A DNA stretch of 63,654 nucleotides, filler included, from Pelomyxa schiedti (taxonomy: Eukaryota > Protista > Evosea): the NCBI GenBank assembly GCA_020536535.1. It is 15 parts of 15 records of this genome, joined end to end, with 100 filler letters (N's around TTAATTAATTAA, not from the genome) between each part and the next. Parts side by side here need not be neighbours in the genome. Positions count along the whole stretch, not along the records: positions 1 to 2,918 come from JAHLWZ010001855.1; positions 3,019 to 5,058 come from JAHLWZ010000624.1; positions 5,159 to 7,407 come from JAHLWZ010002051.1; positions 7,508 to 35,363 come from JAHLWZ010000023.1; 11 more parts are not named here. One strand, 5' to 3'. The translations under genes and the position numbers were made by a program. Of the stretch, positions 1-11,002 are shown in pieces (position 1 is the first letter of the stretch; each line of letters starts with the position of its first letter). The notes below the pieces were generated by a model that saw only the letters and a list, made by a program, of their open reading frames with translations, ran no database searches and had not been told where the DNA came from.

Positions 1-185
1 TTGGGAGGGTGGGCATCTGGCCAGGCGCTTTGTGTTTAGAAAAAGAAAAAAAGAAATAAAGAGGGATGGGCCAACAGATCTGTTCTATTTATTTATCGTG
101 GTGCTGGGCGGTTCCTGGTGTGCACAGTTTTGTTTGGTGCTGGCATTTGTGATTCTGGTGGGTCACCTGTGAGGCTAGGTGGGTG

Positions 186-775
186 GTGCAGTGCCGTGCC
201 GTGCAGTGCAGTGCAGTGCAGTGCCGTGCTGTGCAGTGCAGTGCCGCGCCGCGCCGTGCCGTGCCGTGCCGCGCCGTGCAGTGCCGTGCCGTGCCGTGCC
301 GTGCCGTGCCGTGCAGTGCCGTGCCGTGCCGCGCCGCGCCGCGCCGTGCAGTGCAGTGCCGTGCCGTGCAGTGCCGTGCCGTGCCGTGCAGTGCCGTGCC
401 GTGCCGTGCCGTGCCGTGCCGTGCCGTGCCGTGCCGCGCCGCGCCGTGCAGTGCAGTGCAGTGCAGTGCCGCGCCGCGCCGCACCGTGCAGTGCCGTGCC
501 GTGCCGCGCCGCGCCGTGCAGTGCAGTGCCGTGCCGTGCCGTGCCGTGCCGTGCAGTGCAGTGCCGTGCCGTGCCGTGCCGTGCAGTGCAGTGCAGTGCA
601 GTGCCGTGCCGCGCCGTGCAGTGCAGTGCCGTGCCGTGCCGTGCAGTGCAGTGCCGTGCCGTGCCGCGCCGCGCCGCGCCGTGCAGTGCAGTGCCGTGCA
701 GTGCCGCGCCGCGCCGCGCCATGCCGTGCCGTGCAGTGCTGTGCCGTGCCGTGCCGTGCAGTGCCGCGCCGTGCA
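186..775. repeat. Pentamer tandem array (about 118 units) of interspersed variants GTGCC / GTGCA / GCGCC
   Basis: Read directly. The 5-bp register holds from 186 to 775, with rare variants GTGCT, GCACC and ATGCC. The overlapping ORF-track entries here are repeat artefacts. Confidence 0.97.
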
Positions 776-2918
776 GTGTCACCACTTCGAGAGACTGCTT
801 GGGGTTGTGGATGTGTGCAGGCAAATGAGCAACCCAGGGCCGCTTCTCACTAATTGTTCCTGTCCTGCAGGTATCAGTGGTTGTTCCTGGTGCTAGTGAG
901 AATGAAGTCATATAGGGTGAGCGTACCAGTACATTATTTATTATTTGGGTTCCTATCAGCTTGTCTTAAAGACCACTGGAAATAATAACAGGGACACCTG
1001 TAGAAGTTAGAACAAGATATAAACAGAAGAGCGGAACATACTTGTGGGGTGGTACTGCACACAGGCAACCAAAGAAGTGGTGTGGCTGATACCTGTTAGA
1101 TATCAGCATGAAGTGTTAATGTGGGCAGGGAGCATCTCCTCTGGGTCTTTTGAGGACTTCTGGATTATATTCTTCTTTGCCAGCATTCTACTGTGGTTTT
1201 TTCCCAGAGTTGTAAACGATCCTCCTGATGCAAGTTAGAATGAAATACAATACCAAAGGGACTGTACCTTGCTGTGTTAGTTCCACTGTAGAGTGTACTG
1301 CCACCAATAATTCAGCCCTGGTACCATGTGAGAATTACGAAAATTGTGGGGGAGAAGATACATTTTGGTTGTATCTGTTTGGCACTACTGCAAACACAAA
1401 AAGAGTGTTTGTTGAGTGTTGCTTGACAAAGGTGTGCCAATCTCAGGACACTAGTAGGTATAAGATGGGGAAGTGGGGATTTTGGTAGTACCTAATGTTA
1501 TCATCTCTTGGCAGAAAATGTGAAGATTTTACTGCATCATCGTGTTGTGGCAAATCAAAGAAGCACACCTTGGGTTCAGTGAAAGTTTCTGGCCTAATAG
1601 TACTACTACCAGGTACATATAAAACTGGAATCGAAACACAGACCTGAGTAATATTGCAAATGCAAACTTCAAAAGGGCTGGAGTCCACCAATGAGGCACT
1701 GATGAGTAGAACCTCTCTTAATACCAGCAGACCTGGGCAATGATGTTGTGAAAAATACAATAAAGACTGAAGTACTACTGGCTAATCTGGTTAATTGTGG
1801 AATGTTGTGTGTAGTTGCCAGCAATATCACAGGCCATGGCGCGGCACCCACCTGCACCATCGAGGGACTCACCACATAAACGTGGTGGAGGTTCCCCAAA
1901 CATCTTGCCACTCACCCATGGTGCTATTGCTCAGTGCAAAGCGGCACTGGGCGGTGGTGGGTGCCTGTCACAATAACCAGGGCCACAAACATTCCTTCCA
2001 ACACTTGGCTGCCACTATCATGTTCCCACCCTCATGCTAGGCATAAGAGCTGTAGCTGTAGCCGTAGCCGTAGCAGTAGCAGTAGCAGTAACCATAGCAA
2101 GCAGCAGTAGCTGTCAGCATCACCATCTCCATCTCCATCAGTGTAGCTGTGGGCATTGTTGTCCTATTTCACAACCCTGTGTTGCAGGTTGAACAAAAGC
2201 TAAATGAAAGAGGCACACAGACCTGTAGGGATACATTCTTTGTGGGGATCAAGTTCTCACCCCACAGTCAGTAAGAAAACTACCTGGGGTCACTATGATG
2301 ATCCCTACATGATGGTGAGAAGACAAAATAAATACAAAAGGGAGATTGGAACATGCCTATGGCATCTTATAGCTTGATATTATGCACTTGCCTGCTAATG
2401 GTGCTCTCTCATTACTCTTATGTTGAGGTGGGAATGAATCACAAATAAAGAGAGGAATGTGCCTGCTCATGATAGTTCCACTAGGGGTAATGTGACTACT
2501 GCTCCAAACCCCTTCATTGGGTGTGGGCAAGTGTCAAAAAAAAAAAAAAAAAAAAAAACTTTTCATCGTCAGTGACGTGTCATGCAAGCCGGTCCGCGTG
2601 AATGGGCTGGTCAAAGACGCCACAGACGTCTAGTGATGGAGGAAACGGTCCTCCAGTTAAAGGGAAAGCAGGCCCCCCTCTGTCAGGTGTACGACAGGGA
2701 TGTTCTAGAAAAACCAGCAAACAAGCTAATCCTGGCTCGCCTCCAGCACCTCGGAGTAGTTCCAGCTCCCAACGAGGTCCACGATGCAGAAATGACAGCC
2801 GCGGCGTCGGCCACAGCAGCGACATCAGCCTCTCTGACGTCAGTTCCAGTGCCAACAACAGCGATAGAGAAGGATGGACCACTATCCTTACGCACAAGGG
2901 CCGCGCCAAGACCCCCAG

Positions 2919-3018
2919 NNNNNNNNNNNNNNNNNNNNNNNNNNNNNNNNNNNNNNNNNNNNTTAATTAATTAANNNNNNNNNNNNNNNNNNNNNNNNNN
3001 NNNNNNNNNNNNNNNNNN
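2919..3018. other. Artificial contig linker N44-TTAATTAATTAA-N44 (first of 14)
   Basis: The same linker, with stops in all six frames, recurs at about 5059, 7408, 35364, 37575, 41852, 44377, 47800, 51117, 52438, 57085, 58202, 59537 and 61129. Sequences either side of a linker are not genomic neighbours. Confidence 0.98.
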
Positions 3019-5058
3019 CGGGATGGCTCGACCACCCCACATTCAAGCGAGACGACAAGGGCGTGTTTCCGACGGCGGTGGCCCTGTTCGGCGCCGCGGA
3101 GGCCATGTTCCCACTTGTGGGACTGGTTTGCACGAGGGTCCTGTCGATGCGCGACAGGGACGGCTACCAATTTCGGTCTTATGACGCAATTGCAAGTGCG
3201 GCCGCGGTTCCCAGTGCCTCGTGTGTTGATTGGATCATAGAACACAAGAGAAGATTCAGGGTGTTGTGCTCTCCTACTCCTCTGGTTCCTGTTGCCATTT
3301 CGAATGCTTATGTTTCTCATGTGTCTGGTTGTATCCTTAATTCTGGTTCTACTGTGCTTGGGTTATCATCTCCTTTGGCTGTTTCTGTGAGCACAGGTGG
3401 AGCTGGCAGGTCTGAGGAGGTGATTATCAAGGAGATGACAGCGGTGTTGATTGGGTTGTGTGCTGGTGGCCATGTGAAGCTTGCTCGCGGGATGGTGGGT
3501 GATGGAACTGAGATTAGTTATGGAGCTGCTGTGGTGTCTGGCACTTTGCCATTGTTGTGGAATGGCCGTTTTGTGAAAGGTTGGAGCCTTTTTTGTGATG
3601 CTGGTTGTGGCGTTGAAGGCTCTGGTGCGAGCAAGTTGTTGAGGGAAAAGTTGGGAGACCACATTAAATCCTCAGACGCTCCGTTGCGGTTCANNNNNNN
3701 NNNNNNNNNNNNNNNNNNNNNNNNNNNNNNNNNNNNNNNNNNNNNNNNNNNNNNNNNNNNNNNNNNNNNNNNNNNNNNNNNNNNNNNNNNNNNGTGAAAG
3801 GTTGGAGCCTTTTTTGTGATGCTGGTTGTGGCGTTGAAGGCTCTGGTGCGAGCAAGTTGTTGAGGGAAAAGTTGGGAGACCACATTAAATCCTCAGACGC
3901 TCCGTTGCGGTTCATGTTGAATGCATGCGGGAGTGTCAATTTGGATGCAGTGAAGTGGTTGCTGTCTGCATTGCACATTGGGAGGGATGAGGTGCCGTGG
4001 GTGTTGAATACACCACTCCAGTTTGCTCTGTATCATGGAGAGATCGGAGCCATCAAATGGGTGTTTGAGGAATTTCACTTGCTGGACTCTCTCCCCGAAT
4101 TTGCCCTCACAGAATTGGTAGAGCAATGTGCAATTGGCAAGTGTCCCGGCAACATCAAGTGGTGTGAAGAATCTCTACAAATGCCAATTGATATGTACCA
4201 GGTACTCATTGAACTGGCAGGAAACAAGCACTCAACTTTGGAAGATTGTAAATGGCTGGAAGATGAGATAATGGAAGGTGGAGTTCCTATTAAGATTCTG
4301 CAACAAGCAAAGAAGGTGGAATTTGTGAAGTGGGCCCTGTCAGTTTCACCTGAAGAGCCAACTGAAGAGGCATTCAATGATTCTTGCAAACACCTGGGTG
4401 ACGTATCTCTTGCAGAGTGGCTTGTGAATGAGAGGCATTGCATTCCAACACCAGCAACGTTTGCATCAGCATGTTCCACATCAAAAAGGAATGGTTCCGC
4501 ACTCGCAAAGTGGGTTTCAACCAAGGTAACACTCACACAACCTGACATCCTCGCATCACTGGTTCAAGCACTCATTTGGAACAACACAGAGGTTGCTGAT
4601 TGGCTGGAAGAAACATTCCACGTGATGTCCACTGTCAGCTCCATGCCTCCAGAAGATGCTGGGAGCATGTTAGTAGATATTTGCAAGGATATGGGTGATT
4701 GCAAGGATGAGGTCGATGGATTGAAGTGGTTCTTCACCCACCTTGCGAAGCACATCTCACCATCCCTGAAAATCGACAAGGGTTCCATTCATGATGGCAT
4801 GTCAGAATCACTCGAGCGGTACAGCATCAACTACGCAGTCTTGTTGTTGGATACATTCCCTGAATTTGATCCACAAGAGGACCCACGTGTTTTTGAGCTT
4901 CTCTTTTCCTCTTTCATGAAGAAGCCACACCTGAGGGAGAAGTTTGTCAGTTCATTTGGTTCTTCATCATTGTTGACTTCTGATTTTGTTGCCAAGTGCT
5001 TGAGTTCGCCTTACTTTGAGCCACTCTCAAGCAAAGCTGTGAAGTGGGTGATTTGCAA
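3019..5058 (+). CDS. Ankyrin-like helical repeat protein of a lineage-expanded family (partial at both ends; spans the 3694-3793 gap)
   Basis: ORFs 3063-3797 and 3794-5110 join once the 121-bp duplicate is removed. Repeated 'G.L..VKWL', 'ALAKWVS' and 'EVADWLEETF' motifs. Clearly paralogous to 5330-7407. Confidence 0.75.
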
Positions 5059-5329
5059 NNNNNNNNNNNNNNNNNNNNNNNNNNNNNNNNNNNNNNNNNN
5101 NNTTAATTAATTAANNNNNNNNNNNNNNNNNNNNNNNNNNNNNNNNNNNNNNNNNNNNGCCGGAACACAGTAATCGACTACCTTCTGTCCCTGGACTGCA
5201 ATTCCGACCAGGAACTAGACCCTAACGATGCTTTCGAAGACCTGGAGGACTGGCTTGTGCTCACAGAATAAAAAAAAAACCCCCTGGGGTTTTTGAATTT
5301 CTGCGAAATCATAGATTTTCTATGAGAAG

Positions 5330-7407
5330 ATGGCATCTTCATCAACAGGGACCACCGATTGCACACCAATACCACCACCACCACCACAACAACAACAACG
5401 AAGCGTGGGTAGATATCTTGACGTGGAAGGTATCCTGAGGGTGTCACGAGTTGTGTGGGAAATGGTTGTGGCTCCAGGTTGGCTGGACGTGCCAACCGAC
5501 GACGACCTGTGGTGCGCCGCGAGCTTGGACGTGATCGGGCTCGCACAGGCGATGTTCCCTCTGGTGCCACGAGCGTGCCACAGGGTGATGGCCGGGCCCA
5601 CAGACCCAGACGGCGACGACCCGGGATCCACTTATGGGATCATAACCATCGCAGCCAGGGCACTCGCTCCATCCTGCATCGCCTGGATTTCAAACCACAG
5701 GCAAATCGGCACCATAACCAATATCAGGTCGTCATCGTCATCGACATCATCGGAGAGTGACAACAGCAACAACAGCAACAACAACAACCTTGTCGTTGGG
5801 AGCACCAGCACCGGCAATGTACCACGACTCGTGGTGAGGGATACTGTGGAAATTGCGGTGAAAGAAATTGCAGCGACGATGAATGGTCTGTGCATCGGGG
5901 GGCACCATCAGGCCGCACGCGCGCTCCTGGGTGACCGTGATCATCATGATGTAACCGGTGCCGGGATTGAGATGGACCATGCTCCTTATTCTGCGGATGC
6001 CTCCTGTGTAGGGGGCACATTGCCGTTGCTGTGGGATGGTCGGTGTGTTGCGAGGTGGAGAGCCGCTGCTGATTATTGTGTTGTCAGTGGTGCTGAGAAT
6101 GATGCGAGATTGTGTGCGGAAGGAGGTGGAGGTGGTGGGACAGAGGTGGTGTCTTTGCGGCAAAAAGTGGTGGAGTATTCGCGGGCGTCGTGCGGCAGGA
6201 AGGCCTTTAGTGTGTGTGATACTGACAACGTGGAGTTTGCCCACTGGCTGGTGTCTGTTCTTGGAATTGAGATGGATGATGCGCCTTGGATGTTTTATCA
6301 GCCAATTTGGTGCGCTCTGTATCGTGCGGATACGCAGGTTGTGAAGTGGCTGTTTGAAAGGTTTCAATTGGGGGAAAGGCTGGACCCTCTGGTTCTTGTG
6401 GATTTGTTCGAGTGGTGTGTCAGAGGCATATCCCCTGGGACCTTCAGGTGGTTCGTTGAAAAGAAATTTCCAATGCCTCTAAGGACGGGGGTGTTGGTGC
6501 CTACACTTCTCAGGAATGAAAGTGCATCTGTGGAAGATTGTCAATGGTTTGAAAGTGCTATTCTCAGTGTTGGTGTTGATGACGAACTCCTGATGCAAAT
6601 GCAGAACCCAGAGGTTGTCAAGTGGGTTCTTACAAAGGTGCCACTCAACCCAAGTGAGGAGGCGTTGAACGTTCTCTGCGGAAATCTTGGTGATGTTGAG
6701 TTCACTCAGTGGTTGATCACTGAGAAGAAATTTACAGTGACACCACAAATGTTTGAGTTTGGATGTGCGTGTACCACTTCCAAGGGAGGAGGATTGGCAC
6801 TTGCCAAGTGGCTTTCAACGAGGGTGACACTCTCACAAAGTGATGTCACAAGAAGTCTGTTAAAAGCACTTCAAGTTCGCAAAATTGAAGTTGCTGAATG
6901 GCTGGAGAACACCTTCCACGTGATGAATGATGTGATTTCCCAACCAGGAGGTGCTGAGATAGCACTGACAGAGTTGTGCACAGGGTTCAACACTTCCGAC
7001 ACGGCAGGGTTGAGATGGTTCCTTCAGCACCTTCCACACCCATTGCAGTTGCATGTGAGCGGAACTCACAACGCCATTTCAGAAGCAGTCAGCTTCAATC
7101 TTTGGGAATGGGTTGCAGTGCTGGTGGACACGTTCCCAGAGAGTGTTCCCCGCCACCAGCTGAGCACCATCCTGACAGGTCTCATGAGGCATGACCTGGG
7201 AGCCCTGCAGCGCTTCATCACCAAGTCTGTTGGGGAGGGTTCCCCGCTGCTTACCCCAGAGTTCATGGGCCCGTGCCTCACTTCCGATGTTCAACCAGTT
7301 CCATCCAGCAGGACTGTCAAGTGGGTGATCTGCAAGTTCAACCTGCAGTACAACCACATCAAAAGTGATTCCAATGCTCTCTTGTTCAGGCTTTTCTCTG
7401 TCAGCAG
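5330..7407 (+). CDS. Ankyrin-like helical repeat protein of the same family (3' partial)
   Basis: Intronless ORF of about 690 aa. Shares 'AMFPLV', 'GLCxGGH', 'GTLPLLW', 'LAKWLS' and 'SSRTVKWVICKF' with the 3019-5058 gene. Confidence 0.8.
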
Positions 7408-7507
7408 NNNNNNNNNNNNNNNNNNNNNNNNNNNNNNNNNNNNNNNNNNNNTTAATTAATTAANNNNNNNNNNNNNNNNNNNNNNNNNNNNNNNNNNNNN
7501 NNNNNNN

Positions 7508-8030
7508 CTTCGTCCCCCCCTTTACGCCCCTCTGGCACTTTGCCCCGGAATGCCCACACCTCCAGCAGCTCCCTCGCTCCCCCGTCCTGAGTCCTAATCA
7601 CCCCAATGCAGAGTCCCTGCTGGCACTTCGGACCACCGGGGGCCTCTGCGGCCGGATGCAGCCTACAAAACATCAAGGTGGCACACAAGCAGTGGGAGCG
7701 GGGGCCGCGCACGTGCGACACGACCCCCGTGACCCTGGGCGCGCTCAGAGGCGGGGACGGAAGCGAGGAGGGAGAGGGCGAGGCCTCCTCGGGGCACCGG
7801 GGCACCACGTTGAACACGGCGCACACCCAGGAGTCGCCGTTGCAGTATGTTCCGGCTATCCCGTGCCCCCAGCACGAAGACACCAGCGCGCAGCAGGGAG
7901 GGGGCGGCGCCGGGGCTTCCGCGCGGCTGCTTATGGGCGTTGTTGTCTCCGACGATGTGCGGTCGGGCTGCGTTGTGTCCTCCGGCCCGGGTGCTGCTTC
8001 CGCCGCACATACAGTTTCGTATTGCCCCAT
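7508..8030 (-). CDS. Hypothetical protein, 5' part (MGQYET...), divergent from GTPase copy 1
   Basis: Open GC-rich frame from ATG 8030 to the contig edge. No family recognised. Confidence 0.4.
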
Positions 8031-8198
8031 GTTCTCAGGTGATGTGGTTGATGGTTCTCGGAGCCACACCACCTGGTCATAGTGGGTAGATCATCAATCC
8101 ACGGCTAAGGGCTCGCACCCGTTGCCTTCGACCCTCCAGAGACCCCAGAGAGAAGAAAAACAGTTTTCGGGCCAGATTTGACAAATTGGTGGCTCTGC

Positions 8199-10590
8199 AT
8201 GGGAAACAGCCCACCGAAAGCTAGGGACACAGCTCCGCGGGAGCCTCCCCTGGAGCCACACCCTTCAGTAGATGAACGCAGTCACTGTTCTCTGAATTCA
8301 GAATGCACGCGTGGACAGGAAGGCGAAACTGAAACGGAACCCTGTGCCAAGGGCGCAAACGGCTCCGAACGTATCGATTACGTGGGTGTCAAAGCTAACG
8401 TGTCTGTTCCACCTTGCGAGCCAGTCGAGACGCCTGACCCCCAAAGCTCTCAGACTTGCGCGACTCCAACTGCAACCGACGCAACCTCTTCAAGTGAATG
8501 CGTGGTGGCTGAGACACAAAGGCGTAAATGCCATATCCTCAGGATGGAGAACGGGCAAATGATAGCTTCAGCTGACCCGGCGATATTACCCCGAAGCCAG
8601 GTTATTCTATTCTCGCTGCTCTGGGATAACCCTGAAACAAGGTAGAAAACCAGCCGTGTGTGGTTTCTTTAATTGGCGGCACACAACTGGGGAAATCGTT
8701 TCTTCTTGGAAACATTTTGAATAAGCTGGAGTGGAAAAGACAAGACTTACTGTGAGTGGGATGTGCCACACCTGCAATGACTAAGCTTAGAACCAACAGG
8801 CCAGTTGTGGGGGACGAAGTTTCTTCAAAAACCACCGGCATAGACTTTTTCAGCTGCGGCGAGATGATTTTTCTGGATTATGAAGGCTCAAATGGAGGTG
8901 TTCCCGAAACAGACGTGCTATACCTTTCCTCTGAAATCCTATTCTCATTTGTCTAGCGCAATCTCGTTTGGAATATATTCCCCAGAATCGCTTATGCTGT
9001 TAGCTCCACTCTTGTATATGTTACGCGCAATCCTCCAGCAACAGTCACTATAGTTGGATCAATTGTTAGTGCACTCAAGGAAGCAGCGCTCTCAGAGTCA
9101 AAGGTAATAACTCAGTGATTGGATTTGCTTTTTGATTTCCACTTTCCAGGAGACCTACGCAAAACCCCATCTCATCATTGTCTTCAACCAGTCTAACGTT
9201 GAGGAGTTCACACTAGAAGGGCTAAAGCAGAAAGACCCAGATAATGTCCCTGTACTCGAGGAGTTGTTCTCGTCGGTAAAACTTCACTGTGTCCCGCCTT
9301 CATGTTCCCCCAAATTTCCTGGAAAGATAGAAGCCCTTCTGGTAGCCACCCATTCTACTTGTCGGCCCGCCCACCTTTTGTTATGTACAGGAACTTTTTC
9401 GTGGTAAGCGTATTCAACTACCAGCAAGTCAATGGATGTTACTGTTTGACTATGTTGTAACCCACGTGAGTAATCTGTTCTGCTTTTTACTGTTTTGAAA
9501 TCATGCACAAAGTTCACTGTACCTGAGTGCCCCCCTATCCCATTGTGTAAAGTATACAGTACCCTCCTTAATCACCTGCCCGAACCTTTGGACCGACTTC
9601 AACAACTGTTCTTAACTTACATTCCAAATCGTTACTGCAAGAAGGCTCGTTACCGTGACTCCTGTGAAAAAGCTAAACGTGCCTTCGCCTTTGTTTTGGC
9701 TGTGTACTGGCACACCAAGCCTAGACATGAAGATGTATTTCCCTTCCGCCAGTGTAACAATATGTAACTAATGTGCAGGAGATTGAAATTTCAGGTCGAT
9801 TCCACCAATTTCTTTCCTTCCTTGCACAGTTTGCCCCCTGTGTTGCAGAATGCAAGGCGAAAGACGGGACTAAACCAAAAAAATGTCTCATACAACATTT
9901 TTGCCATTCCAGCGTTGAGCCTACACATAGCTATGCCCCCGGCGATTTCGATGTTTACTCTCTCGATAATGGCTATCTTGAAGATACAAAGGCGCAAATA
10001 ACCCGTGCGCTGGAAGCTCTGAATGATCCAGTTTCTTCGCCACAGAGAGTGCTCATCATCTAACGAATACCAGGTTTTCTCCAAGTACAACTTGAAATCA
10101 GACTGCTTTGAAGGGGAAGCTCCCCTTAATTTCTGTGGGGATCTTATATCAGAATTCAATCAAATCCACCGGGATGCCAGCATGGACTCGAGCACCAGGC
10201 TGGCCAATGGTGCCTCCCTGGGGGCCCTGCTGGCAGTCCCCCCGGCAATCCTTGTGTCTTCAACTGTGATTGGTGCTCCCTTGGGAATCATCTTTTTATG
10301 TATGTACTGAAACCAACATAAGCACAAACAAACAAGCAAACAAACAAAAAACCACAGGTGCTGGAGCGGCGGTGGGGGGCACAATGGGGATGGCAATTGG
10401 GCCATTGACAAGCCCACAAGTCATACAGAGGCAAGTGATGGCACTGATGGAGGATGCAGCACTACGAGCCTATGCATCAGGACGCATTGACGCCGTCGTG
10501 ATCGTCGTGGATTGGCTGACAATCAAGATTGCTCCTGCCCATTTAACCATCAAAAAGCCACAAGTGTTGGCACCAACAAAGAGCGACTAA
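8199..10590 (+). CDS. GBP/atlastin-like (GB1/RHD3-related) P-loop NTPase with Cys/His cluster and C-terminal glycine zipper, copy 1 (spliced)
   Basis: Exons give MGNS..., VVSLIGGTQLGKS (G1), KTTGID (G2), FLDYEG (G3), PRIAYAVSSTLVYV, KPHLIIVFN, FAPC..C..CLIQHFCH and GASLGALL..GAGAAVGGTMG. Introns are short GT-AG. Confidence 0.8.
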
Positions 10591-11002
10591 GGCACCCCAA
10601 GCCCTTTTCGGGCTGGTACTTTATGCAGAGGAAACCCTTTGTTTTGGACTCATGTAGAGACACCCACACTCATCTTCCTTTGTAACAAAACAAAAAAATC
10701 CCTCCACCACAAGATATGTGCTTAGTTGGAGGTTTCCTACCTAACAATCTCAACAACCCATATTGCCTGTTTCTCGAAGCATCACTGCGTGCCTATGCTT
10801 CTAAACCCCTTGCACCCCTCCCTTTAACCATTGTAGAAAACCCACAACACCGAAGATCGACTGAAAACAAGCAAGACTAAAACTAAACCGCATTTATTAA
10901 TAAAATAATCAACAGACCGGAACGCTATTATTTTCGCCAGTGAATTTCGTTTGACATTTACCCTGATTTTTCCATCAAACTGTCCAGAACAAACTTTGTT
11001 TC

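Noticed and set aside
186-775. CRISPR-like or information-bearing array
   Set aside because: There are no unique spacers between constant repeats and no cas genes; the context is eukaryotic.
89-911. Five long overlapping ORFs rich in CRAVP/ARHGT
   Set aside because: They are translations of the stop-free pentamer array, with no evidence of coding.
900-2500. Short ORFs on both strands of contig 1
   Set aside because: They look like decayed coding sequence, but no motif could be assigned.
2537-2558. Poly(A) tract as a retroposon tail
   Set aside because: No TSD or recognisable element upstream; A/T tracts are common in introns and intergenic DNA here.
2963-2974. Recurrent palindrome TTAATTAATTAA
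   Set aside because: It is an artificial six-frame-stop linker between concatenated contigs.
3573-3914. 121-bp direct repeat around an N gap (also 11342-11683)
   Set aside because: An exact, constant-length overlap around 100 Ns indicates an assembly artefact.
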